This document shows, piece by piece, positions 1 to 13,404 of a stretch of DNA of 64,000 nt. Every line of letters begins with the position of its first letter. Position 1 is the first letter of the stretch. The translations under genes were made by a program, and so were the position numbers. Source of the stretch: Heterodontus francisci (Eukaryota); assembly GCF_036365525.1 (NCBI RefSeq), contig NC_090387.1, forward strand, positions 88,887,691 to 88,951,690, in the 5' to 3' direction. The notes under the pieces were generated by a model. It was not told the origin of the DNA and did not search any database. It was given only the letters and a program-made list of their open reading frames with translations.

Positions 1-1075
1 AAATCATGTTGGATGAACCTGTTGGAGTTTTTTGAGGATGTTAGTAACAAAATTGATAAAGGGGAGTCGGTGGACGTGATATACTTGGATATTCAGAAGG
101 CTTTTGATAAAGTCTCCCACAAGAGGTTGGTTAGCAAAATTGGAGCACATGTGATAGGAGGTAATATACTGGCATAGGTTGGTTAACAGGCAGAAAACAG
201 AGAGCAGGTATGAACCGTTCATTCTCACGTTGGCAGGCTGCGACTAGCAGTGCTTGGGCCCCAGCTGTTCACAATACATATCAATTACTTGGATATGGGG
301 ACCAAAAGTAATATTTCCAAGTTCGTGGATGACATAAAACTGGATGGGAATGTGTGTTGTGAGGAAGATATAAACTGGCATCAAGGGGATTTGGACAGAC
401 CTAGTGAGTGGGAATAACGTGGCGGATGGATTATAATGTGTAAAAATGTGAGGCTGTCCACGTTGGTAGGAGGAACGGATGTGCAGAGTATTCCTTTAAT
501 GGTAAGAGATTAGAAGGTGTAGATGTACAAACGGACCTGGGTGTCCTCGTCAATAAGTCACTGAAAGCAAACATGTAGGTGCAGCAAGCAATTAGGAATG
601 CTAATGGTACGTTAGCCTTTATCGCAAGAGGATTGTGGGGAAGTCCTATAAAGAGAGATTGGGAAAACTGGGCGTGTATTCTCTACAGTTTCGAAAAATA
701 AGATGTGATCTCTTGAAACCGACAGCATACTTAAACGGATAGACAAGGGAGATGCAGCTATGATGATTCCCCCGGTTGGGGAAGAAAGAACCAGGGGACA
801 CCATTTCAAAATAAGTGGGAAGCCACTTAGGACAGAGATGAGGAAAGATTTCTTTACTCAGAGGTTTGTGAATATTTGGAATTCTCTACTTAGGTGGACT
901 GCAGAAGCTCAGTCATTGAGTATGTTTAAAGCCCATATTGACAGATTTCTAAATACAAATGACAAAAGAGGATACTGTGGGGGGAAAAACATTGAAGTGG
1001 ATGATCAGCCGTGATTTGTTGAATGGCGGGGTAGGTTCGATTGGATGAATATCCTACTCCTGCTCCTATGTTCCG
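1..1075 (+). mobile_element. CR1-clade LINE, decayed 3' part of ORF2 plus tail
   Basis: Broken-frame NLLEFFED..DKGESVDVIYLD.QKAFDKV RT motifs. ORF 760-1014 (RTRGHHFKI..FFTQRFVNIWNSL) is the typical CR1 ORF2 C-terminus. Confidence 0.85.
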
Positions 1076-1089
1076 ACTGCATGGGCGGC

Positions 1090-2930
1090 CGAAACAGATA
1101 TTTTTATATCGTCAGCATAAGGTCCCTGTTTTTATGCTCTGTGCCTCTTTTTATAAATCCACGGATCCTGTGTGATTTTGGAACAGCTTTATCCTCCTGT
1201 CCTGGCACCTCCAAAGCTGTGCGTATGCGAACCCCCATCCCTCTCCATTCCTGCACCCCTTTTAAAATTGTACTTTTTAGTTTATATTTAATTGCCACAT
1301 GCTTCCAAAGATCATTACTTCATACCTCTCTGCGTTAAATGTCATCTGCTTGTGTCTGCTCTTTCACAAGTTTCTCTATGTGCCGTGAAGTCTGGACTAT
1401 CCTCCTCATCATGTGTTGGATTTGCAACTTTGTCACGTCTACGAATTTTGAAATGATTCTCTCATTACCAAGTGAAGTTCTTTAAATATAGCAAAAGGAT
1501 CAGATTTGCTAATACTGACCCCTGTGGGGCAACGCTACTTCCTTCCCTTCAGTCTGAAAATTCAGATTTCAACACTAATCGCCGTATTCTGTCTCTTAGT
1601 CACGATCCTACCGTTGATACCTCTGTCCCTATAATCCATTGTCTACAATTTTGCCAAGACGCCTATTATTTGTCATTTTAGCTATCGCCTATTGAAAGTT
1701 TAAATGCGCACATCAATAGAACTACCTTAATCAAACCATTCCATGATATAACTACAGCAGTCAATCAAATCAAACTGGTCAGACACCATGTACCTATAAC
1801 AAATCTAGGTTGGGTTTTATTTCCTAGCATATTTCTTCCAATTGAAAGGTAAATTTGCTCTGAAGTATTCAGAGGATTCTCCGCGACCAACGTTAGGCCG
1901 ACTGCCAGAGTTGGTTTACCTTTCTACCCTTTTGTCAGAACACCGGTGTTACATTTGCAATTCTCCATCCTCTGTCATCAAACTCATAATTAAAGAGGAC
2001 CGAAAGCATGCAGCCACAGACTTCGCTATTGCTACTTAAAATTCCTTCTATAACTGAAGATGAATCACATCAGTACAGGAACGTTTGTACTTTGAACACG
2101 GCCAACCTTTGTAGATACTTCTTCGTTATGAATTGTATCCTATTTGCTAATGTATCAGCTACTTCCTCCTTAACTCTGGCATTGGCAGCATCCTCTTCTT
2201 TGGTGAAGACAGATGGAAAGTATTAATTTAGGAATTTAATTCAGCAGCAAAATCTCCTTTCTATTCCCCAATCAGCCAAGCACTTCTTTTGACTATCTTT
2301 TTTACGTTTTCTATGTTTATAAAGGACTTTTGTGTTCCCTGTTATGTTACACGGTAATCCAATCTCATACTTTCTCCTTGTTTATCTGAATTTCTTCGTT
2401 TCCTGCTTCAGTTTCAATGTGCTTAGTCATAAAGAGAGTTGGTGTTTTTGAAACCCTTCCTATCCCTCTCATGGGAATGTCTATTCTGCACTCAAACTAC
2501 TTCACACTTTAATGATTCGTATTGTTCATTTATTCTTATTGTCTGCCATCAATTGTTTAATCCAGCTGGGGAAGATCTCTCAAATTAGCTCTTTCAAATA
2601 TATAACTTCACCTTTGATTGTTCCCTTTCCCATTGCATTCCTACACTAACCGAAAATTGACCACAGTTTCTGAGATCCTCTACTACTGAAACTGGTTCCA
2701 CCTACTCCTCTGCATAACTCTGTATTTTCTAGTTGGGCTGTAAACATAATAATACATTTAATTGTTATGTACTTATATCAGGAACGCATCCCTCTCCTTA
2801 CGCTTCATACTGTTTAGGATAGTTGACCCCCCAGTAACACTACTGTATTATTTGCATCATCTTTGACATATGTCAAATAATTTACATTAGTCACTGGTAT
2901 TCGTTATACAAGACACGTGCATCCCCGGTA
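1090..2930 (-). mobile_element. Old, heavily decayed CR1 LINE
   Basis: Minus ORF 1104-1298 resembles CR1 'GV.IH.SL.V..QVDKAV.K..GIL.FI.RG.EYK'. The reverse of PQGSVL lies near 1515-1530. Boundaries are approximate. Confidence 0.55.
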
Positions 2931-4880
2931 AATGTGCCACTTATTGCGGCTTCCTCGAATTAGAAATAGAAATTTATGACACAGAAGGAGGCCATTCGGC
3001 CCATCATGTTTGTGCTGACCAAAAGAACCATCCAGTCGAATGTCATTTTTCAGCTCTTGGACTGTAGCCTTTCAGGTTACTGCACTTCAAGTGCATAGTC
3101 AAGTTTTGTTTAATGCATTGAGGGTTTCAGCCAGGATCTGAGGCAATAGGAGAACAAGTTTGGAAGGCTAAAGTGCAGCCTCATGTCCCTGTTCTCGGCT
3201 TCTGCAGTTACTGTAGCTTAGAATTTACAGTATTTCAGGACACTACTGGCGAATTATGAACCAGCCCGGTTCATTGGATTCTTCCCACTCAACTAGAGAT
3301 AATTCGGCAAGTCAATGTCCCAACAAATACAGGGTGGAATTGATGCAATAGCAACAAGAATATTTCCAGTTCTGTGCCGACAAGCCGCATGATTTTTGTG
3401 GCGTGCAGCCTGTTGGCAGCCTTCCGACTTGAGACAACAATTTCCCAAGGGCTACTTGTGTAGCTGTTACGTTTTTCCTTCATTAGCGGATAAACACACC
3501 TCCTCCTCCCCACCGCCACCCCCACCGTCACCGTCTCTGTTAGAGAACATTGGGAATGTGGAAAATGTAGTTTATGTGTTTCGCATGGAATCCCTAGAAA
3601 AAGGTCAAAGTGTTGACTCTGCTATGTAGATATCCTCATCATTCATTTTCTTCTTTGGCAAATGAACGATTCTTACCTCACTTCTCTTCATTTTTCCCAG
3701 TAATTACTTTCCATGCGGAAAACACTGTAAGCTAGAAATGGCAGCTCCACAGAAGTATTGCCAAGAAAATCCAAACGGCGAACCATTACCCCTGCTGCAG
3801 CCGTCTCCAGTTCATAAAGAAGAAACGACCACTAATGCCTTATTTAATTTTGTCATGTTTTTAGAAGTGGTGTGAACTTAATTTCTCACCATGAAGTGGG
3901 TTAAATGCTTAGCAGCACATTTAAATTAGCAAGCGTGACGCTAACACGCATTTGAAAACTGTTCTGCTTTGGAAGAATTTTGCCACAGTTATCGAGTAAC
4001 TTTCATCTTTTTCGTAAGGTATCTATGGTCCCTCTATATGATGCGTTCAGAACTAAGTCAGTGCGCTGACCATCACTGAGAATTCCGCTCACACTGACAA
4101 ATAAAAAGGGAAACCGCCACTGCTCTGTTGATATGAGACGTGGGAAGGATCTTAAGCATAGTTTGCTCTGATATCGATTTGCAACTTTAAAAAAAAATCT
4201 TCCTTTCCATATAAACAAAACAAAGCGCCTTACAGACTGCTACTGCTGAAGAGTTGTATATTCTTCGCAGTTTCAGTGTGGAAACAGCAAAAAAAGCATT
4301 CTTTTGGTGATAATACTGAATTTATGTTCCGATTCAGAATTTTGAAAGGCACACTGAGATCTACGTCAAGCTTTTTGTTTCCATCGTTCTTCGTGGTTCA
4401 ATCTCTTATTCGTAGCAACAATCTATTGGAACTTTACAGGACGTCTTCAAAGGCATTATGATACATTGTTATAAGGTATGGCCAGAGCAGCACGCAATAT
4501 TCCAAATGTGACAACATTGTGCAAATTCAACGCGGCTCCATTTCTTTTATATTTAGTTTTCGAATGTATACAATCTCAAATTCCACATGCCTTTTTTAGA
4601 GCCTTTTCCATCTGCAGGTCTACAGTCAAAGCATTACATGAGAGATGCCAAATGGGTACACAGAATTTCCGATGTATGCAAGAACCGCTGCTCGAAGACC
4701 ACAAAGGTAAAATAAAAATATCCCATTTTTTAAGAACATACTGTTAACAGACGTCAAATAATATGATAAGCGTATAATACAATCTTACATTCCGGCGCAG
4801 GCGAGTGCGGTTTGAAATGTATATAAACAATGCACGAGCAAATAACATTCAATGTCTATTGGCATAACTGAACCACAGGA

Positions 4881-6937
4881 TTACTTTTTATCAGTGTTCA
4901 TTATGGAGAAGGACGATGTAGGTACAGAGATTAGGGAGGGGGATTGTGATATACTTGAACAGATTAGCTTTGAAAGAGAGGATGTATTAGCTGTTTTAGT
5001 GGGCTTAAAATTGGACAAATCCCCAGGCCCAGATGAGATGTATCTCAGGTTGTTATGTGAGACAAAGGAGGAAATTGCAGGGCTTTGACACAAATTTTCA
5101 AATCTTCTTTGGCCACAGGAGAGGTACCAAAGGAATGGTGGACAGCGAACGTGGTCCTATTATTCAAGAAGTGTAGCAGGGATAAAACAGGTAATTATAG
5201 GCCGGTGAGTCTAATATCAGTGATTGGGAAACTAGTGGAAAAAAATCTGAGGGGCAGGATTAATCCTCCACTTGGAGAGGCAAGAATAAAACAGAGATAG
5301 TCAGCATGGTTTTGTCAGGGGGAGATCGTGTCTAACTAACTTGACTGAATTTTTAGAGGAGGTGACTAGATGTGTAGACGAGGGTAAAGCAGTTGATGTA
5401 GTCTAGATGGACTTCAATAAGGCTTTTTAGTTTAGTTTAGAGATACAGCACTGAAACAGGCCCTTCAGCCCACCAAGTCTGTGCCGACCATCAACCACCC
5501 ATTTATACTAATCCTACACTAATCCCATATTCCTACCACATCCCCACCTGTCCCTATATTTCCCTACCACCTACCTATACTAGGGGCAATTTATAATGGC
5601 CAATTTACCTACCAACCTGCAAGTCTTTGGCATGTGGGAAGAAACCGGAGCAACCGGAGGAAACCCACGCAGACACAGGGAGAACTTGCAAGCTCCACAC
5701 AGGCAGTACCCAGAATTGAACCCGGGTCGCTGGAGCTGTGAGGCTGCGGTGCTAACCACTGCGCCGCTGTTCCGCCCTTTTGATAAGGTTCCACATGGGA
5801 GATTGGTTAAGAAGGTAAGAGCCCATGGGATCCAGGGAAATTTGGCGAATTTGATCCAACTTAGTATAGTGGCAGGAGGCAGAGGGTGATGGTCGAGGGT
5901 TGTTTTTGTGAGTGGAAGCCTGTCACCAGTGTTGTACCATAGGGATTGGTGCAGGGATCCTTGCTGTTTGTAGTGTATATTAATGATGTAGATGTGAATA
6001 TAGGTCGTATGATCAGTAAGTTCGCAGATCACACGAAAATTGATGGTGTTCTAAATAGTGAGGAGGAAAGTCTTCGATTACAGGATGATGTAGATGGGCT
6101 GATAAGATGGGTGGAGCAGTGGCAGATGGAATTTAATCCTGAGAATTGTGAGGTGATGCATTTTGGGCGGACTAATAAGGCAAGGGACCATACAATCGAC
6201 GGTAGAACCGAAGGATGTACAAAGGGTCAGAGAGAACTTGGTATACTTGTCCATAGATTACTGAAGCCAGCAGCACAGGTAGATAAAGTGGTTAGCAAGG
6301 CATTTGGGATACTTGCCTTTATTAGCCGAGGCATAGAATATAAGAGTAGGGAGGTTGTGATGGAGCTGTATAAAAGGCTAGTTAGGCCACAGCTGGAGTA
6401 TTGTGTACAGTTCTGGTCGCCACACGACAGGAAGGATGTGATTGCACTGGAGAGGGTGCAGAGGAGATTCACCAGGATGTTGCCTGGGCTGGAGCGTATC
6501 AGCTATGAAGAGACTGAAAAGGCTCGGGTTGTTTTCCTTAGAACAGAGAATGCTGAGCAGGGAACATGATTGAGGTATATAAAATTATGAGGGGCATTGA
6601 TAGGTTAGATAGGAAGAAACTTTCTTTTTCCTTAGCAAAGGAATTAATAACAAGGGGGCATAAATTTCAGTTAAGGGGCAGGAGGTTCAGAGGGGATTTG
6701 ATGAAAAACAATTTCAACTTAGAGGTTTTTTGAATCGGGCGCGTACTGCCTGAAGAGGTGGTAGAGGCAGGAACCCTCACAACATTTATTAAGTATCTAG
6801 ATGCGCACTTGAAGCGCCATGGCATACAAAGCTAAGGGCCAAGTGCTAGAAAATGGGATTAGTAAAATTAGGTGCTCGATGGCCAGCACAGACACGATTG
6901 GCCGAGGGGCCTCTTTCGGTGCTGTATAATTCTATGA
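4881..6937 (+). mobile_element. CR1 LINE ORF2 3' half, interrupted by a SINE at 5428-5777
   Basis: KSPGPDEMY, NYRPVSL, DFNKA(F)...FDKVPHG, QGSLL..YINDV..SKFADH and LEYCVQFWSP motifs. The RT motif DFxKAFDKVPH is split by the SINE. Confidence 0.9.
5428..5777 (-). mobile_element. tRNA-derived SINE (shark HE1-like)
   Basis: Head GGCGCAGTGGTTAGCACCGCAGCCTCACAGCTCCAG..GGGTTCAATTC (A/B boxes), a CR1-derived tail and (CTAAA)n end. Short TTTT/CTTTT target duplication. Near-identical to the copy at 45167. Confidence 0.9.
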
Positions 6938-7499
6938 CCGGATGACTCTCGGACCCAACTTACAGCAGCAGCTTATTGTGCAATACGTCAAATGTAGCCA
7001 AACGTAAAACCATGCATCAAACCAAATTGAACCATTCTCGAGCTGACCTCCCATTAACAGGGACAGTTGAGTTTTGCACGAGGTATTTCATACCTTTGTT
7101 CGACGATAGTACATATCATGTGACAAGCTAAGCTTCCCGACATGTGCAGAGTTTGTCGGTAAACGCTCTTTGCATTCAGCCTTAAAATAAGCCAGCTCTT
7201 CCGTCAAACGGATAATGTTAATTCAAGAGCAGGCTCAGCTCAGACATTAGCGTATTGATATGCTGCAACAAAGAGAAGTCATCGCTGATTCACTCCTTGT
7301 CACGCCTCCTGTGACCTTCCTAATGCTGCACCGATGCATGGAATGCTTAAAAATGAATGCTCGCTGTAGTTTTCATGGGATTTCCCAGTAATGTTTCACC
7401 CATGTTACTGCACAAGTTGGGAACAAATGCTACGAAAGTTGCAGGAGAATCAATTCAAACAAACGCTCAGCAATGGTCTGTTATGCGGAGCCATTTTGT

Positions 7500-8245
7500 T
7501 AATCATTCATGGGATGTGGGCGTCACTAGCTCTGCCAGCATTCATTGCCCATCCCTAATTGCCCTTGGGCAGGTGGTGCTGAGCTGCCTTTTTAAACCTC
7601 AGCAGTCCATGTGGGGTCGGTGCACCCACAGTGCTGTTAGGAAGGGAGTTGCAGGATTTTCACCCAGCTTCAGTGAAAGAACGGCGATACAGTTCCCAGT
7701 CAGGATGGTGCATGACTTGGACGGGAGCTTGCAGGTGCTGATGTCCCCATGCATCTGCTGCTCTTGTCCTTCGAGGTGGCAGAGGTCGCAGGTTTGGAAG
7801 ATCCTGTCTAAGGAGCCTTGGTGCGTTGCTGCTGTGCATCTTGCAGATGGAACACACTGCTGCCATTGTGCGTCGGTGGCGTAGGGAGTGAATGTTTGTG
7901 AATGGTGTGCCAATGAAGCGGGTTGTTTTGTTTTCAATGTTGTCGAGCTTCTTGAGTGTTATTGGAGCTGCAGCCATCCCGACAAGTGGAGAGTATTCCA
8001 TCACACTCCTGACTTGTGCTTTGAAGATGATGGACAGGCTGTGGGGAGTCAGGAGGTGAGTTACTCGCCACAGGATTCCTAGCCTCTGACCTGTTCTTGC
8101 AGCCACGGTATTTATATGGCTACTCCAGTTCAGTTAATGGTCAATGGTAGCCCCTAGGATGTTGATAGTGGGTGATTCAGCAATGGAGATGGTCATTGCC
8201 TAGCACTTGTGTGGTGAAAATGTTATCAGCCTAAGCCTGGATTTC
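7500..8245 (-). mobile_element. LINE family B (CR1/L2 group), 3' fragment
   Basis: Minus ORF GQRLGIL.RV.HLLTP..L..IFKAQVRSVMEYSPL, shared with the copies at 13.4, 16.7 and 25.5 kb. Confidence 0.85.
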
Positions 8246-9404
8246 GTCCCGGTCTTGCTGCATTTCTCAATTAACTCTACTGGACCACTAATTACGATAA
8301 ATAACAGTACCGTTTTAAGTAAAAGTTCGCTAATGCAAGTACTTTTGAATTTAAATGTGTGACTGATGTCAGTTGCTAAGTAAGCCATGGTGTATGATTA
8401 GCTGCAACTAAATTGCTTTTATCTTAACGTCTTGGCGAAACGGCCTACGTTGGCATTGACAGCGACATGTAGACAGACATTTTTCAATGAAATGGACCCA
8501 AAATTGGGTATCCATCTGGGAAACCTTTGAATATAACAAAGAATAGAATGTTGGACGGTTTTAAGCGGTTATTCTTTCGAAGTTAGGTTGGGACATCGAG
8601 GGAGGAAACATAAACATGTTATCGTACTTCCGCGTTCAGATTACTGACGAAAGGGGCAATTTCAAATTTTGGCGATAGCACACAAAATGTAATATATTTT
8701 TTAAGCGGCAGATTACAGAGCTTTAGATTGGCTATAGTGAATCAAATGTGATAAATCTGCAACTCAATTTTACTATAATAATTTATTTCGCTTCCGGCCG
8801 ATGTCGCTGACCTTTTAGAATCAACTTCTTGTCTCAGCGCGCATTGATTTTCCGGGAACGCGAAATTTCACATTGACGGTGCTTGTCTCTTTTAAGTCAA
8901 TTGCGAATATAACGGATGGGTTACGCTGAAAATGTGTCCCCGAATCTGATGTAACAGTAGTCGCAGACTTCATAACAATATGGAAGCAGCTGGAAGAAGA
9001 TTAACTTGAATTAACTTGCAACTATTGCACACGTTTTGCAATTACCTTCTCCCACATAGTCGAACTGCGTCAACAAACCATGCAATTGTAAGACATTCCT
9101 CCAATCTATGGTGATCTTTCCTTCAAAGACGTGTTGCGAAATTCAACCACATGGATCGGACCTATAGGTCAACAATACCCATTAAAAAGACTTTGCAGAA
9201 ACAGAAAGACCGTAATCGACCAATATTCGTCCTTCCTGGCAGGTAAGGAAACGATGAATTATGGACTTGTAAACTTCTCTTTTTTTGTTGTAACTAAAAG
9301 CACCTAATTTCTGGTACCGGTTTCTGGTACCGTTTCTGCTCGCAGCACCACTCGTAGTTCTTACTCAAAAGGAGTATTTCGCCGCTCCGCAATTTAAAAA
9401 AAAA

Positions 9405-9421
9405 TGTGGTTCCTGACGTCA
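9405..9421 (+). promoter_or_regulatory. Overlapping RUNX/ETS/CRE motif cluster in the putative promoter of gene 1
   Basis: TGTGGTTCCTGACGTCA contains TGTGGTT (RUNX), TTCCT (ETS core GGAA on the minus strand) and TGACGTCA (full CRE), about 110 bp upstream of the ATG. Confidence 0.5.
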
Positions 9422-9532
9422 CACGTAAGGCTGAGATTATGTTAGACCTGGTGCCGCCCATTCCAAAATCTTCATCCACCTCGTTTACATTTGCAAAGAG
9501 TGATCTACAGTGTTTTAATCCCCGATGTAGTT

Positions 9533-9581
9533 ATGAGTGGAGTACTTTGGAGCATGTGTTTCCTCGGAATTTTGTATCCAG
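9533..9581 (+). CDS. IgSF receptor gene 1, exon 1 (signal peptide)
   Basis: ATG at 9533 gives MSGVLWSMCFLGILYP followed by a phase-1 donor CCAG|GTAGCT. The peptide is hydrophobic and leader-like, and the phase matches the V exon acceptor at 9852-9853. Confidence 0.75.
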
Positions 9582-9853
9582 GTAGCTTTTTTATGTTTGG
9601 TGTACATTAACCTTTCCTGAAAAAGAAACGGAATATGACATCGATCTTACAGTAAATATACAACGGAACATTGTTTATTTAGGTAGACTTTTATGTAATA
9701 TTACCAGCATCCTTGCGGAGGGAAATATGTGTGAGAAAGCAAATGTTATTTAACTTTACTTAGACAATAATTGTGATAGTTCGGTAAATCCCATTACTAT
9801 TATATTAATGTGCTGCACGCACAGTAATATTTGGTGGTTTCTTTCGTTGATAG

Positions 9854-10165
9854 TTCCCGTGGACACCTCGGGCAAGGTGACTCCAGGCATGGCACAAATG
9901 AAGGCGCTCAGAGGTACAAACATTACCTTGAAATGCCCTTTCCCCTTTCACTTGGACTATTCAAACGTAAAAGTTTACTGGTTGAGAAAGGAAAACGGTA
10001 CCTTACTGCAAGAAGATAGAAGAACACTGTTTCAGGTAAAGAAAGGTGGCGCCTACCTTCACCTTCTGAATGTGACTATGCAGGATGCCGGAACGTATCA
10101 GTGTGGAGCCAAATATCACGATCAAATGGTTGTAAAAGGAACTCTGGTGCAACTTGTTGTATATG
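9854..10165 (+). CDS. IgSF receptor gene 1, V-set Ig domain exon
   Basis: Acceptor TTGATAG| and donor TATG|GTAAG, phase 1/1. Translation VPVDTSGKVTP...NITLKC...VYW...LHLLNVTMQDAGTYQC...KGTLVQLVVY shows the B-strand Cys, C-strand Trp and DxGxYxC of a V-set domain. Sequons NIT, NGT, NVT. Confidence 0.92.
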
Positions 10166-10976
10166 GTAAGAGCCAGTGGAACAAGTATCTTCAGGAGTAT
10201 GGTTGGTATGAAGTTAATGCTGATTTTCACAAGCAATTTCAATAGGGAAATGCCCTGCCTGTAAAACAGTACGGCGTTCTATTGTTGAAAGAAAAACGTA
10301 TTCCAAAATATGGAACAGTTCCCATTTCCAGAATCTTTGGAAAAAACTGACCTCAGACCGACATCATTAACTTTACTTTAATTCTAAGTGTCAGGGTGAA
10401 CAATCTTGTGGTTATTTGCAATGTTATAAATGTTCAAAGACCAATGCATTATTCTGAAAGAAGTAGAAAGTTTCATTCCTACCATTTGGACGGTGCGCTT
10501 ACAGTTTCTGAGATTTAGATAAAATTCCTGAACCGACATTCGCTGAAACGGGAAAAGAGGTACACCATAAAACAAGTGAAGCAGTTCAGACTGAGGATCT
10601 AACTGGAACATTTCTGTTCGGAAGCAGAACGTTTTCTCTATCGAACCACAGGCCGCATGTTGTACTATTACTATAGCTTTAGCACATCATACATATAACT
10701 AGCACGTGGATATTGATTTTTTAAAAAGTCCTATTGTTCATACATGTTTGAGCATAACTGTAATAGAGCCATACTGTAGTGGAGACAACTCTAAAAATCA
10801 GGTCTCTGCTTAGAGTGAAGAATTATTTGATTTGGCTCCAGCGAGAATCAATAATAATTATTAATGCAACTACCACGCTCAGACACATGTGCAGGTTAAT
10901 TTTTTTAAAAAAGCAATGAGGAGATGGAGTACGGTCAAATAATTTGTATTATTTCCTTACGCTCTTTTCCATTTAG

Positions 10977-11282
10977 CTGCACCCGCTCCCCTCAATATTG
11001 TCTGCATGCCATCCGAACGAGCTTCGTCAATCTTTCTGAGACTCCAGTGCCGAACCGCTGCATTTTACCCGAAGGAATTTAACCTCACCTGGCATAAAAA
11101 TGCGACGGAAATAGTGGCAGGATTTCGAACTGAACAAAAGGCAACGGAAGAGGGGCTGTATAAAGTGATCAGCTCTTTCGACGAGACACAACCGATCGAG
11201 CACGGCACTGTTTACACCTGCCACGTGTATCACATTTCAAATTCAATTCCAACAAATGCCAGCTACATTGTTGCTAACACAG
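10977..11282 (+). CDS. IgSF receptor gene 1, C1-set Ig domain exon
   Basis: Acceptor CTTTTCCATTTAG| and donor ACAG|GTACT, phase 1/1. LQCRTAAFYPKEFNLTWHKN...GLYKVISS...YTCHVYH matches the C1-set CxxxxFYP, W and YxCxVxH pattern. Sequons NLT, NAT, NAS. Confidence 0.92.
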
Positions 11283-12633
11283 GTACTGTTATATCACACG
11301 TGCTACATTTATCGATTTTTACGCAGTTCTCGGCTTTCTATCGCACTTCATGTGTTATTGCAAACAAATGTGGAAAGAGTTTTTTTTACCCGAAATAACT
11401 TTACTGCGGTTGTATCACAGCTGCGATTTTTCAGTTATAGACGGAAACAAACTGAGAAAGGTTTAGGGCTATATTGTATTGCGTTAAGACAGTTTAGACG
11501 ATACTTAATTGAAATTGTTCGAAATTGTAAAGGCGAATGACCTAGTAAATGGGGAAACAAGTATTTGCTGCTTAGAGAATCTGTTACAAGATGGCATACA
11601 TTCAGGATACTCACCAACAGGAGGAAGAGAGCAGAAATGTTTCATTTTACCGACACCAAAAGTGATGTCCCTAACAACTATATAGAGCAGGACCGATCAC
11701 ATCTCTCAAATGCCTCGTGACTCTCAATTCCAGTTAGTCTCAACTGAATGGGCTCTTTTTAGGTTCACAATAAATTATCATCGATTCTAGCGGATGTGTA
11801 AATATGTTGGCTGCCTGCCACAACTACCGACTATATTCTCCTTTAGTCCCAAATCCTGAGTCTAACTCTGTTCAAAGTAAAGGAAGGAGCATACTGTCGT
11901 TACGGGGTGTTGGCAAAGATTCCCTGATAAGCCATAGGAACCAAGCATAACCAACTGCGTACGACCATTTTTTAAGTTATTAGGTTGGCAGTTCAGACAA
12001 ACCACATTTGCACCAATCAGAAGATCATCCGGCTCACTTCAAAATTATTTCATAAAGCTAATTAAAAGCCTAATTAAATGTGTTTCAAATACTTGCGAGT
12101 ACAGTTTAAGCAGAAAGGTCATAGTGGCTTCTGACCTGAGATTTAGTAACTTCAAAATATAGCAGTACAAGCAGCTGGAAGGTTTTCCGGGGACACAGTG
12201 CGAAGCGAATTAAGACATTTACCATTTGGAGTTAGAAAGAACTACCAGGTCGGGTTCAGCACGGATTCTAACTATAATATTTATTGAACATGTTCAGTTA
12301 TTTATCAGCCGTAGTCTCTAATCATTCAGAAACATTTCGTTTGAATTATGTTCTTCAGATTGTATTTCTAGTACCGCTAAATGCAACGCAAAGGGGCTGT
12401 CTTTACCAAAGCGTTGACGATTTCTTAACAAATAAAAATCAGGAAAATTCTTATCCCAGTGTCTTTGACCTTAAAACGATATATTGAGCAGTTCTGATAT
12501 GCAAAACGTAAAATAGATTTATAAACCATCAAGTGTATACATTTTGGCTCCGGGTTCGAATTAAAAGTATTATCAAAGTGGTATGACTTCTGCCTCTGAG
12601 CTGTGAATTAATGATTACCGATACCTTTTCTAG

Positions 12634-12748
12634 ATTATCGCTCAGTCCTCCCCGTCCACTTGATTTATCGAACCGCAGTTGGGATATTGGTAATTATTAC
12701 ACTAATGGTGATCATGGTCAACCACATTACATCAGAAAACGTCCATAG
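12634..12748 (+). CDS. IgSF receptor gene 1, transmembrane exon
   Basis: Acceptor CCTTTTCTAG| (phase 1) and donor ATAG|GTAAG (phase 2). Translation DYRSVLPVHLIYRTAVGILVIITLMVIMVNHITSENVH contains a ~20-aa hydrophobic helix with Arg (CGA 12669-12671) at its N-terminal part. Confidence 0.85.
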
Positions 12749-13404
12749 GTAAGAGAATTTTAAGACCGAATTAAGACAGAATTTTAAGACAGAACATCAT
12801 TGGTGAATTTACAACATGGAAGGAAGATGCGATATTTGCTCATCAATTTGAGAGATTATTACTCAATAAAAGATGATTATGAATGCCCTGAAACCATGCA
12901 AAAATCCAAGAAGTGATATCAGAGTCGGTGTAATTTTGGATGAAAGCAGCAGTTAAAACCGGCTATCATTTTGTACTCAATTCCTAAATGGGACATTGCG
13001 TGTAACCAGCGAATCACAGCTCAGAAGGAGCACACCAAGCCCATCAATCCACCACTTTCTCTTTGAAAGTGCGAGCAGTTTATTCCCAATACCCTGCTCT
13101 TTCACCATAGTATTGCTTCTTTTTCCTGCTCACGTATTAGTCCAATTCCTTTGGAAACTTACAATTGAATCTGCTTCCACCTCCAAATCTGTCAGTGTTT
13201 TCCAGATAATAAAATCTTGCTGCCTGAAACAAAACTCCAAACAAAACTCTCTTATTTGCACAATTACATTGAGACTGTACCCACTGGTTGTCGATCCTCC
13301 TGTCAATGGAAGTATTTTTTTTTCATATTGACTCCATTAAATAAAAAAAACATTTTGAAATGTGAACATCTCATTTTTTTTATTGTTCTTTCATGTGAAC
13401 ATCT

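Noticed and set aside
9200-9248. Donor GCAG|GTAAGG as an upstream 5'UTR exon of gene 1
   Set aside because: I could not define a clear acceptor or exon start. Unsupported without transcripts.
12194-12240. CACAGTG heptamer as a possible V(D)J recombination signal
   Set aside because: There is no ACAAAAACC-like nonamer at 12 or 23 bp and it is not adjacent to a V exon. Other CACAGTG hits lie inside LINE/SINE copies.
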